Virus record (IMG/VR): IMGVR_UViG_3300042892_002922
Coordinates: 96,001 to 160,000 of that record
Reading direction: 5' to 3' (one strand)
DNA length: 64,000 nucleotides
From: a virus
Taxonomy: Duplodnaviria; Caudoviricetes
Positions within the stretch are counted from its first letter, which is position 1, and the number at the start of each line of letters is the position of its first letter. The notes under the pieces are model-generated. The model searched no databases. It was not told where the DNA came from and saw only the letters and a list, made by a program, of their open reading frames with translations. A program made the translations under genes and the position numbers. Positions 46,338-56,448 of this stretch are shown here, in pieces.

Positions 46338-48167
46338 ATGAGTAAAAAAATATCGTACACGAATAGAGATTTCGCGGGAATTAGAGAAGAGTTAGTTAAT
46401 TTAACAAAAGATTACTATCCCGAATTAATTAAAAATACAAATGACGCATCAATATTTTCGGTGTCATTGGATTTAAATGCCGCTGTTGCGGATAACTTAC
46501 ATTACCATATAGATAGGGTTTGGCAAGAAACTATGCTGGACTTTGCTCAACAAAAACAATCATTATTTCATATAGCAAAAACATACGGAATTAGGGTTCC
46601 AGGTCAAAGACCGGCCGTTTCATTATGTGATTTTAGTATTAATGTACCAGTTAGAGGTGATAAGGATGATGAAAGATACGAAGGTATCTTAAGAGCTGGC
46701 GCTCAAGTGTCTGGGGGTGGTCAAATATTTGAAACAATTTCTGATATTGATTTTTCTAACCCATTTAATGACAGAGGAGAACCAAACAGATTAAAAATAC
46801 CAAATTCTGATGCCAATAATAAATTGATTTCATATACGATTACAAAAAGAGAAGCTGTTGTTAATGGTGTTACTAAAATTTTTAGAAGAGCAATCACGCA
46901 AAGAGACCAAAAACCATTCTTAAAACTCTATTTACCTGAAAAAAATGTTCTAGGAGTTACTTCAATTATACATAAAGAAGGAACGTCTTTCGGTGCTAAT
47001 CCAAATGCTTCTGAATTTATTAGTTCAACAAATAAATGGTATGAGGTTAAAACACTAATACAAGATAAAGTATTCATTAAAGACCCTACAAGCACTTCTG
47101 ACAAAAAGAATTTTGTTGCAGGTACAAATGTTAAGGTTTCAAATAAATTTATTACAGAATATACACCAGAAGGTTATTTCTCATTAACATTTGGTTCAGG
47201 TAATGTTGATCCATTAGATAATTTGGACAACTATATTACAAGTAATTTAAAGGTTAACCTAGGAACATATCTAAATAATATGTCAATGGGTACAATTCCT
47301 AAAGCAAACACAACCTTATTTGTAAAATATAGGATTGGTGGTGGTAAGGAAAGTAATCTAGGGGTTGGTGTTTTAACAACGGTAGAAAATGTTGATTTTG
47401 TGATGACGGGTCCTTTAAGTTCTATAAATAACCAAGTATCTCAATCATTACAAGTTACAAACGTAACACCGGCTGTGGGTGGGGCGGATCAACCAACTGT
47501 TGAGGAATTAAGAAATATGGTTGCATATAATTTCGCAGCACAAAACAGAGCAGTTACGCTTAATGACTATAAATCATTGATTGAAAATATGCCATCAACA
47601 TTCGGGGCTCCGGCCAAAGTTAATGTAATGGAAGAAAACAACAGAGTGAGAATTAAGTTATTATCATATGATGAGAATGGTAACTTAAGTGATACAGTTT
47701 CTAACACCCTAAAAAACAATATTTTAAATTACTTGTCGGAATATAGAATGATTAACGACTATTTGGATATTGTTAGTGGTGAGGTTATTGATATGGGTTT
47801 AGAAATCGATTTGGTGGTTGATAAAAACCAAAACCAAGCAGATTTATTAAGAGAAGCGATTACTAAAATAACAGCTTATTTCTCAATCGACAAACGTAAG
47901 ATGGGAGACCCATTATTTGTGGGTGATTTGCAAAAAGAAATCAATGATATTTCTGGTATTGTCAACGTGGTCAGTATTAGAGTTTTTAATAAAATTGGTG
48001 GAGAATATTCAACAGCACAGGTTGCTCAAGAGTCAAATCCTATAACAAAAGAAATTGTACAATCTGATTCAACCATATATATGAAAGCAAATCAGATATT
48101 TCAAATCAGATTTCCAAATAAAGATATTAAAATAAGAGTTAAAACCTTAGGTTCCACTACATACTAA
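46338..48167 (+). CDS. Baseplate wedge protein (T4 gp6 / baseplate J-like)
   Basis: Y..RDF..IR..L, GG.D....EE.R and QNRAVT..DY motifs; follows gp25. Confidence 0.88.
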   Translation: MSKKISYTNRDFAGIREELVNLTKDYYPELIKNTNDASIFSVSLDLNAAVADNLHYHIDRVWQETMLDFAQQKQSLFHIAKTYGIRVPGQRPAVSLCDFSINVPVRGDKDDERYEGILRAGAQVSGGGQIFETISDIDFSNPFNDRGEPNRLKIPNSDANNKLISYTITKREAVVNGVTKIFRRAITQRDQKPFLKLYLPEKNVLGVTSIIHKEGTSFGANPNASEFISSTNKWYEVKTLIQDKVFIKDPTSTSDKKNFVAGTNVKVSNKFITEYTPEGYFSLTFGSGNVDPLDNLDNYITSNLKVNLGTYLNNMSMGTIPKANTTLFVKYRIGGGKESNLGVGVLTTVENVDFVMTGPLSSINNQVSQSLQVTNVTPAVGGADQPTVEELRNMVAYNFAAQNRAVTLNDYKSLIENMPSTFGAPAKVNVMEENNRVRIKLLSYDENGNLSDTVSNTLKNNILNYLSEYRMINDYLDIVSGEVIDMGLEIDLVVDKNQNQADLLREAITKITAYFSIDKRKMGDPLFVGDLQKEINDISGIVNVVSIRVFNKIGGEYSTAQVAQESNPITKEIVQSDSTIYMKANQIFQIRFPNKDIKIRVKTLGSTTY

Positions 48168-48224
48168 TAGTTTTTTTACTTATATTCTACATTAGAAAAT
48201 CAGTAGGTTTCTATTTATATTAGT

Positions 48225-51200
48225 ATGGTTCAAAAACATAGAATTTTAACAAATGTTGGGAAGGATAAATTGGTTACTGTTGAATTACAACAGAAATTCG
48301 ATTTATTAGAGATACTTTCATTAAAATTTACTCAACAAGACACTTACGCATCATTGTGCGCCGACTATGGCGTTGTTTGTGGTAGAATATCAGTAAACAA
48401 CGGATTTGGTGTTCCTAATGCTAGAGTATCCATATTTGTTCCATTAGCCCAAGAAGACGAAGATGACCCAGTGGTATCAGCTTTATACCCATTTAAATCA
48501 GCACAAGATAAAAATGAGAACGGATATCGCTATAATCTACTTCCAGCAAGAAAACAACACGGCGGTCATGAACCAACAGGAACATTTCCAGACCAGACAG
48601 ATATTTTAACAAGAGAAGAAGTTCTAGAGGTATATGAGAAATATTACAAATATACTGTTAAAACAAATACTTCAGGCGATTTTATGATTTGGGGGGTACC
48701 CCTAGGTGAACAAACAATACATGTGGATGTTGATTTATCTGACATTGGTTGCTTCTCATTACGCCCAGATGATTTTTTAAGGAATGGTTATGGGGTTGAC
48801 CAATTTAAGTCAACATATCAGTTTAAACCAAGCGTAGATTTAGATTCACTACCACAAGTCGTTTCTTTTGATAGAACCGTTGAAGTTCACCCTTTCTGGG
48901 GAAATGTCGAACTATGCACTTTAGGAATTACTAGAAGCGACTTTGATTTGTCTAGTCAAGGGGTTAAAATACAACCAAAAGCATTTGTTATTGGTGGTTT
49001 ATTTACTGACAAGGATAGTAATGCAATTAATAAGAATTGCCAACCAAGAAGACAAATGGGTAGAAAGTGTGATTTGGTAACAGTTAATTCCACTATCGAA
49101 TCAATTAGATTTACAACACAGAGAGATTCAAGTAATCGACCAATATTAGAACTTATTGAAACAAAAGAAGATATTGACGAAAGTGGTTCATTCGTAATGC
49201 CAATTGAAATGAATATGGACTATGTCTATACAAATGAATTTGGTGAAAACGAGTTTACAAATGACCCAAACAAAGGTATTCCAACGTCAGCCATTTATAG
49301 AATGCGAATGTCTGTTAAGAACGAAACATTGGGTAGGGTTAGAACAACCGCAAGTTATCTTTTACCAAACATTAAAGAGTATAGTAACGACCAAATGAAA
49401 TCGTATGCGTGGTCAACCGAATATTCGGATTACCCCGCATCTGCTATGGGCGACATATTAAACAATGTCGACGGGTTTAATTACCCACAAGATTATTTCT
49501 ATAGATTTTCATATAATAAAGTTTATACTGTTTCATCTTTTCAAAGTTCATATTTTAGAAACGTACCATTCTCAACTGATAATTTCTTAGCAATTAAAGA
49601 AATTGTTCCAAGTGAAGAAGAAGATTGTACAAGTTCAGCAAATACATTCCCAGTTAACTTTGGTACTAAAAATGTAACTTTCACATTATTAATTGCTGAG
49701 GTTCTATTATTTTTAGAACATTTAATAAATCTATTAACATTGACGTTTACAAATTCTTTAGTGCGTTTATTATTTACAATTGGGGATGGTGCAGATTTTA
49801 GACCTATTAGACAATTAGCCAAAAGTATTAAAAAGGCAGCATTTAGAGCACAAGAAAATGGTCAAAGACGTTTATATCTAATAAACTATCCAGAATGTGA
49901 GGAATGTAACGGTGATGACACTTATGGCTCTGTTGTAAGCGGTACTGGAACTAGTAGTGATTATTGTTCAGTTGGTAGTGTAACAATAACTGGAGATTAT
50001 TTAGAAAATAGTAGAACGTTAAATGTGACATCATTAACATTTGCACCATCGTCAACAGGTAATTGTTCTGGCGAAGATTTAGATGCCTTAGGCGCCGCAT
50101 TAATTTCTGGCGGTACAGGTATTCTTTATTTTATAAATAATCAGTCAAATTATCTATTATCTAGTGTGACTTATGGAAACCAAAATTTAACCAATCAATT
50201 TTCGGGAACACCTGTTTTAGATATTAGCGGTAATACTATTAGTTATAGCAATATAACATTTGAAGATATAGAAGCATCATTAGGTGAACCAATATCATAC
50301 ACATTAACAATTAGAAGCGCAACAGAAAAAGAAGGTACAGACACATCAACATTAGTTCAATTAGAATCTGGTTGTGAATTATATGATACACCATATGATG
50401 AAAGTATTGTTAGCTGGTATTATCCAACAACCGGTTACACTAATTACAGTCAATCGGGTGTAATATCACCAGCAAGTTATAATGCTGGTACAACATCAGT
50501 TGTTGCAACAAACATTACCAATACCGGATATGGTGCAACAACAGATGCTTATACTTCAACACTTTCAGGTACAGACGATATTATTTTTTATCCTAGTTCA
50601 GGTGTTCCATTAGTTACATCTTTTGGTGGTGATTCCTATGAAAAATTTACCCGTAGTGGTATGTCTGAATTTGAAAATGGTGTTTTCACCATTGTCCCTG
50701 GATCCCAATCAACAAAAAGGGTTTGGGAGATACTGAGAGAATATCGAAGAAGAAAACGTGTTGGTAAACTTTTTTGTGGTGGTATCGTAAATTATTCATT
50801 TGTTGATAACTGGTTATCTGGTTCGTTATATTTCTTTGCATTTAAAGCTAAGAATAAAACATCAACAGATGCTGATTATTGTAAAGATATTATAAAATGG
50901 GCGCCAGATCAAAATATATTTTATTACAGATCATGCCCGTATAATCCTAGTACAAGTGCTTGGGGGGCAGGCGCTAGTTTATTTTTTACCAAAAAAAGAA
51001 TTAATCGCCCAACAACATTTGTTGATTTAGGTCCTAGAGATGAATTCATTAAAGAAATTTGCACTGACCCAAATTTAGACCCAAACTGTTCTGTTAGTAG
51101 ACAGATTGGTCCAACATCATATAAAAATTTTGGTGAACTGTTAGGGTTGGCAATTAACTATAGAATGGATGTTAGTAACAATGAACATGATATTAATAAT

Positions 51201-52100
51201 TTTTTTGATAATGAAGGATTTAAAGTAAACGGTATTAATAAGGTGTTGGATGGTGATATTATGCAATTAATATCCATTAATAATGAAGTTGGTATTGAAC
51301 CATTTGATTTACAAAGCCCAAAATATCTTGGGTATTCATATCAAGTATTAGATCCAGATGTATACCCTAGTGTGTTTAAAAACGGAACAAATGTGTATGG
51401 ACCATTACCAGTAACTTTTGAATTTGCTGAAGATGGCGAAAGACAAAGAGCTTGTTTAAATGAACCAACACATATTGCAAATGATGGTTTAACACTTGTG
51501 CAGGGTAGATTGACAGAATCGGCTCAACCAGTACCATTTTATTTATGGGAAAAAGGCGGAACCGGATTTGGACCACATAATGAAACAACGTTAGATAATC
51601 AACGATGGGATTATGGAAATGTTCAAGTACAACCTTTACAAGGAATGACTTATGGCTATAATTTAACATCGGCGGCGGATGATTCTTCTGACAAATATCT
51701 GTTATTACCAATGACATATACATTCTCTGGTTTAACTATTGGTGGTATTGATGTAACAACAACAGTTGAATTTGATGTGGTATCGTCATCTGATGGTCAC
51801 GCATCATATGATGGTGAGTATCCAGGATTTACTTATCTATATTATACTAGTGGTACTCAAATAGAACCAACAGCAGGAACACTATACACTAGATATGGTA
51901 CCGCTGGAACTTGGAATCAAGTTACTTGGGATGCTTCTATGGATTTTATAATTAGAAAAACACAAGATTATTATAGTAGTTCAAAACAGATTTTATCAAC
52001 ACCATTTTTATTTTATTTCGGTTTAAGACCAGGCAAAACCGGCTTGGATAAGTTTATTGAAAGATTTGGTCCGAAAGGAGCATTCCCATCAGCAGAATAA
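48225..52100 (+). CDS. Large putative baseplate/fibre structural protein
   Basis: 1291 aa. N-terminal carboxypeptidase-regulatory-like 'GVVCGRI....GVPNARVSIF', Cys-rich, with a Thr/Ser/Gly-rich middle. Follows the wedge genes. Confidence 0.65.
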   Translation: MVQKHRILTNVGKDKLVTVELQQKFDLLEILSLKFTQQDTYASLCADYGVVCGRISVNNGFGVPNARVSIFVPLAQEDEDDPVVSALYPFKSAQDKNENGYRYNLLPARKQHGGHEPTGTFPDQTDILTREEVLEVYEKYYKYTVKTNTSGDFMIWGVPLGEQTIHVDVDLSDIGCFSLRPDDFLRNGYGVDQFKSTYQFKPSVDLDSLPQVVSFDRTVEVHPFWGNVELCTLGITRSDFDLSSQGVKIQPKAFVIGGLFTDKDSNAINKNCQPRRQMGRKCDLVTVNSTIESIRFTTQRDSSNRPILELIETKEDIDESGSFVMPIEMNMDYVYTNEFGENEFTNDPNKGIPTSAIYRMRMSVKNETLGRVRTTASYLLPNIKEYSNDQMKSYAWSTEYSDYPASAMGDILNNVDGFNYPQDYFYRFSYNKVYTVSSFQSSYFRNVPFSTDNFLAIKEIVPSEEEDCTSSANTFPVNFGTKNVTFTLLIAEVLLFLEHLINLLTLTFTNSLVRLLFTIGDGADFRPIRQLAKSIKKAAFRAQENGQRRLYLINYPECEECNGDDTYGSVVSGTGTSSDYCSVGSVTITGDYLENSRTLNVTSLTFAPSSTGNCSGEDLDALGAALISGGTGILYFINNQSNYLLSSVTYGNQNLTNQFSGTPVLDISGNTISYSNITFEDIEASLGEPISYTLTIRSATEKEGTDTSTLVQLESGCELYDTPYDESIVSWYYPTTGYTNYSQSGVISPASYNAGTTSVVATNITNTGYGATTDAYTSTLSGTDDIIFYPSSGVPLVTSFGGDSYEKFTRSGMSEFENGVFTIVPGSQSTKRVWEILREYRRRKRVGKLFCGGIVNYSFVDNWLSGSLYFFAFKAKNKTSTDADYCKDIIKWAPDQNIFYYRSCPYNPSTSAWGAGASLFFTKKRINRPTTFVDLGPRDEFIKEICTDPNLDPNCSVSRQIGPTSYKNFGELLGLAINYRMDVSNNEHDINNFFDNEGFKVNGINKVLDGDIMQLISINNEVGIEPFDLQSPKYLGYSYQVLDPDVYPSVFKNGTNVYGPLPVTFEFAEDGERQRACLNEPTHIANDGLTLVQGRLTESAQPVPFYLWEKGGTGFGPHNETTLDNQRWDYGNVQVQPLQGMTYGYNLTSAADDSSDKYLLLPMTYTFSGLTIGGIDVTTTVEFDVVSSSDGHASYDGEYPGFTYLYYTSGTQIEPTAGTLYTRYGTAGTWNQVTWDASMDFIIRKTQDYYSSSKQILSTPFLFYFGLRPGKTGLDKFIERFGPKGAFPSAE

Positions 52101-53845
52101 TGGAAAAGAGACAAATTATATTACCAGAAAAGGAATACGCTAAAGCGCCAGAAAAAGATTTGGTGACTAAAATTGGTTTGAATACATCTGAAGAATTGTT
52201 AAGAGAAGGTGACAAAACAATATTATTGGATGTTCAAGAATTATTTGGTGAGGAGAGAAACGAAAGTCCTAAGTATAAAATATATGGTAAATTAAAAATG
52301 ATTTTTAGAAATCTATATTCTGGAACAACAGGATATGCAAAATTACAAAAGTCGTTATATCTAAATGGTGACGGAGCAACTGGTGCACAAAATGAAGGTT
52401 ACTTACCATATGATGAATTTGCTTTTTTAAGACGTGATTTATTGCGTGAAGTCATAACAGAGCCAGATGTAAATGCTGGAACTATGGGCACGTATAGTGG
52501 TTATGGCGTTAGCGTTACAGGAAACAATAACCATGCGTCAATATCAACTATGGACGCACCATACCATAACTGGAATTTATATCTTAGTTATGTTTATGGT
52601 TCTGACCCCGAATACCCTATTGCGTATACATTAACCGGCGGGGTAAAAACACCAAGTGGAAATAAAGCTAAACACGGAATACCGGCAAGAGTAACCGATA
52701 AAGGAAGTTATTATAAGTTAACAACACCAGTTCCTCACGGAATTGAACAAAAAGAATTTGTGGTTATTAATGGTACAGCACATTCAATTAAAAGTATTGG
52801 TGACGAGGTTTATGAATCTGAAAAGTATGTTATTAATGTTGATAAAACAGAATTAAGTGGAACTACCATTAGTGGTGTGATTATGATTAAAAGATGTTTA
52901 AGTGATAACGACGTAACAGGAACAACTTGTTCGTATTATGTACATAAACATAAAACACTTACAGATAATTCAGCTTATATAATGGATAAGGCAGGATTTG
53001 AAACGCCAATATTTGAGGATGAAAAAAAATTATTATTTGAAAATAGCGCGCAAGAAAACGATGTGTTAGTTGAGAAAAATAGAATGGAGTCAGTGATATT
53101 TGATTTTAGGGAACCATTTATTTTAACTGGTATTACTAACAATTTAGATTTTACACCAAGCGAAGTTTACTTGTCTGTTGTTTTTAAAAATGGCTCTGGA
53201 TATTTTGAATACCCACCAAAAGTGGGATATAAGTTTCACTTACATAATTCATGGGTTGATGAACACTTCAGCGGATCAACATCTAATGAAACCGGAATGT
53301 CTGGTCAAACATTTACAAGAACTCAAGGATCAGACACTTATACATTTAGTAGTGGAACAACATTACCAAAAGGCACTGTATTAATTGGTGCTTTTGTGGA
53401 ATATGACCCAGTTAATTTAAAAGAAAGAATTATTAGTGAATCTTTACATAAAATCACTAACCCAGTTTCAATATTCGACTTTAATCAAGATGATTCTGTT
53501 TATTATGTGGGTAATAGCGCACAAAATAAAATGGGGTTATATTATCAACCACATTATAGAATTAAATTAAGACAACTTTCGCCATATATTGAAACTTCAA
53601 ATACGGATAATATATATGATTTACCAGATAACGTACAATATTTTCCAAAAGAAGGTATTTGGAAATGGAGAGACGTTTATGACCACGGATATATCGATGA
53701 CGAAGGTAACGGAACAAATTTTCCATTTGTTAATGGTCAACATTATGTTATGCAAGATATTAATTTCTATATGAGAAATGAGAAGGAATATTTAAATAAA
53801 ACAAATGGCATTAGAGCGTTTGGTAAAAAGAAAACTATCTGTTAA
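52100..53845 (+). CDS. Putative structural protein
   Basis: 581-aa ORF, translationally coupled (TAATG) within the baseplate/fibre operon. Confidence 0.7.
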   Translation: MEKRQIILPEKEYAKAPEKDLVTKIGLNTSEELLREGDKTILLDVQELFGEERNESPKYKIYGKLKMIFRNLYSGTTGYAKLQKSLYLNGDGATGAQNEGYLPYDEFAFLRRDLLREVITEPDVNAGTMGTYSGYGVSVTGNNNHASISTMDAPYHNWNLYLSYVYGSDPEYPIAYTLTGGVKTPSGNKAKHGIPARVTDKGSYYKLTTPVPHGIEQKEFVVINGTAHSIKSIGDEVYESEKYVINVDKTELSGTTISGVIMIKRCLSDNDVTGTTCSYYVHKHKTLTDNSAYIMDKAGFETPIFEDEKKLLFENSAQENDVLVEKNRMESVIFDFREPFILTGITNNLDFTPSEVYLSVVFKNGSGYFEYPPKVGYKFHLHNSWVDEHFSGSTSNETGMSGQTFTRTQGSDTYTFSSGTTLPKGTVLIGAFVEYDPVNLKERIISESLHKITNPVSIFDFNQDDSVYYVGNSAQNKMGLYYQPHYRIKLRQLSPYIETSNTDNIYDLPDNVQYFPKEGIWKWRDVYDHGYIDDEGNGTNFPFVNGQHYVMQDINFYMRNEKEYLNKTNGIRAFGKKKTIC

Positions 53846-54603
53846 TGAAAATTTTAAAAACAACTGATGATTTTTATTTAAACATTCCACAATCCGTTGA
53901 TTTCAAAACTAATGCTGGTTGGGAAGAAAACTTTGCTAGTTATGAAAAAGAAACGATGAAAAAAATTATCAATCAAGTTGATAACTACGAAACGACCAGA
54001 TACATACATGAACCATATTTAAATTCAGGAATCAATCAAAGCGATATTTGGTTTTACTTTTATTTTTTAGACGCTAATAATGGGTATTCAAATGGTTTAG
54101 ATTATAATCTAGTTGGTATATCTCCAGAAGAGAATGCTATGTTATTAGCACATACTGTTAAGAGTTTCTTCAGAATAGAATTTTATAGCACACCAAAAAA
54201 GGAAACACAAAAATTAATATTTGCCAAAACATTATCATTACCATTAGGTCAAAAAGTATTCTATACCTCTTTAGGTGACTATATCCATGTTCCAGTTTTT
54301 ACTGGTAACAATTACAGGAATAGTGAAAACATGTACTTCTTTTGGTTCCAAGATAATTCCGTTTATTCTGGTGACACTTTTTACATTTCAGCTAGATTTT
54401 TTAATGCTGAGGATGGTTCAATTTTAAGTTTTTCCAATAAAAATATTATTGGATCAGAATTAAATCAAGATGATGACTTGTATTATGAAGTGCAAACAGA
54501 TATGACAAATCATTCATATGTTATTTATGAGTATGATGGTTCAACTGGATCTAGAAAGGGTTTAAGAACAACACCAATAAATTTTTATGAAATACCAGAA
54601 TAA
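53845..54603 (+). CDS. Putative structural protein
   Basis: 252-aa ORF, coupled to the preceding gene, aromatic and beta-rich. Confidence 0.7.
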   Translation: MKILKTTDDFYLNIPQSVDFKTNAGWEENFASYEKETMKKIINQVDNYETTRYIHEPYLNSGINQSDIWFYFYFLDANNGYSNGLDYNLVGISPEENAMLLAHTVKSFFRIEFYSTPKKETQKLIFAKTLSLPLGQKVFYTSLGDYIHVPVFTGNNYRNSENMYFFWFQDNSVYSGDTFYISARFFNAEDGSILSFSNKNIIGSELNQDDDLYYEVQTDMTNHSYVIYEYDGSTGSRKGLRTTPINFYEIPE

Positions 54604-55518
54604 ATGAATAAAAATCAATTTCAAATATTACAAAATACCGGAAAAACATTCAATGTGCCAATATTTTTAGAGGCAGATTTGGACGAGATGGGGGTAATGG
54701 TGGAATTTGATGGCGAATTAGAACAAATTGAACAGCTATGCAATTTTACTTATTCTGGAAATGGTAATGCAATTACAGTTTATAATACCGGAAGCACAAA
54801 TAGGTTAAAAAAACTTGTTGAAGCCGAATTTACAGTTGATTGGGGTGACGGTGCATTGTTAACCGGATTTACATTACTATCAAATACATCACACACATAT
54901 ACTAGTAGCGGTGAAAAAACAATAACAATAACAATGGATAGCCCCTGGGGTGTTCAAGAGGTTGAAAAAACAATACAGGTACCTTTGGTTAGCGGGTATA
55001 CCGGCACAAATGCATTAGGAACACTAACGTTTGATGTACCATATACAAGCATTACTGGAGTTACACAAGATTATTTGAACGATTATGATTATGCTACCGG
55101 ACATACGGGTACCACCACTTTCTTAGGTGTTGGAACTAGTAGAGTAGACGAATTAAAATTATATGGTTCAGGAAATTCATACAGTGGAATTACAACCGGA
55201 ACAACAACAGTTGAAGGTGAAACATACGCATATACAGGATACACATTAGATGGATTACAATATAAAGATTTATCTGATGGTTCTACATATATTTCTGGGA
55301 ACACGGCGTCATTTCAAATAGAATCAACAATAAACGCAATGTTAACCAGAAATGAACATTTTTTAGGGTTTATTGATGATCCTGTGATATATTCTGACAT
55401 TTTTGTTGAAAGAGGAAAGCAGGGTGTTTGCGAATATAACTTAAGATTAGGTGAAGTTGACAGTTTAGGTGAGTTAGAAGTGTATGGAAATGGATTTTTT
55501 ACAGTAAGAAAACAATAA
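54604..55518 (+). CDS. Putative structural protein with a PKD-like motif
   Basis: FTVDWGDG...SHTYTSSGEKTITITM is the PKD/Ig-like signature. Confidence 0.7.
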   Translation: MNKNQFQILQNTGKTFNVPIFLEADLDEMGVMVEFDGELEQIEQLCNFTYSGNGNAITVYNTGSTNRLKKLVEAEFTVDWGDGALLTGFTLLSNTSHTYTSSGEKTITITMDSPWGVQEVEKTIQVPLVSGYTGTNALGTLTFDVPYTSITGVTQDYLNDYDYATGHTGTTTFLGVGTSRVDELKLYGSGNSYSGITTGTTTVEGETYAYTGYTLDGLQYKDLSDGSTYISGNTASFQIESTINAMLTRNEHFLGFIDDPVIYSDIFVERGKQGVCEYNLRLGEVDSLGELEVYGNGFFTVRKQ

Positions 55519-55542
55519 AAATTATATTTATTATTAAAACAC

Positions 55543-56448
55543 ATGGCAGTAGGATCATACGGAATAGTTAGACCAGCAGACGCATCACCAGAAGATGTTG
55601 AAATCATCTACCATTATGCGGCGACAAGGTCGACAGATTCCACCCCAATCTTGAAAAAATTATCTGCAACAGATATTTTAACTCCAGTATATCATAATGA
55701 TAGTACAGGTGCTTCAAATGGTGTTGAAGTTTTAGGTGGTATGTACAATCTAAAATTAGAATCATCAGATTTCACAGATATTGGAATATATACATTACAT
55801 ATTAGACCTAAACAAATTAGAACATTAATAGCTGATTGTGGGGTTTTAGCGTCATTACCATCAGTTAGAGGTATTATTGTAGATTTAGGTAATATTGAAA
55901 CAGAGGATAGAAACAAGTTCACACCTCAAGGTCTAATTGGTCACAGAATTGAATATCTAGATGCTAATCACAAAAAAGTTCCTAATTTTTACCGAATAGT
56001 GACTTCTTCATTTTATTGTGAGCCAATCACATCTAATTTAACAAACTCGTCACAAAAAGCGATTCGTTATAGATACATTGATTCTGCTAGTAATTTAATG
56101 TTTTTGACGGTGACACCATCATCGTCTCCAGCAAACAGACCGAATACAATACCTTTTATTGGTCAGCCAAACCAAGAAATAATCATTACAAATACATACT
56201 TTAACCCAACAACAATTGAGGTTGAAATGGTTGAACATGATGCATCGACATTAGCACTTGCTCTTTATGGTAATCAAACTAAAGCAATTAATAGTGGTAT
56301 ATACAGCATATACAATAAAGAAAATAATATATACAAACAATTTAATCTTTACGAAGTTAAAGACGAATTTAATGAAACATTATATGAAGTTCGTGAAGAG
56401 AGAACAACTATTGATGAATCTTTAAACTTTGATGATATTACAGAATAA
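55543..56448 (+). CDS. Putative structural protein
   Basis: 301-aa ORF with TATTTAT upstream (55525-55531), coupled to the downstream giant gene. Confidence 0.7.
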   Translation: MAVGSYGIVRPADASPEDVEIIYHYAATRSTDSTPILKKLSATDILTPVYHNDSTGASNGVEVLGGMYNLKLESSDFTDIGIYTLHIRPKQIRTLIADCGVLASLPSVRGIIVDLGNIETEDRNKFTPQGLIGHRIEYLDANHKKVPNFYRIVTSSFYCEPITSNLTNSSQKAIRYRYIDSASNLMFLTVTPSSSPANRPNTIPFIGQPNQEIIITNTYFNPTTIEVEMVEHDASTLALALYGNQTKAINSGIYSIYNKENNIYKQFNLYEVKDEFNETLYEVREERTTIDESLNFDDITE

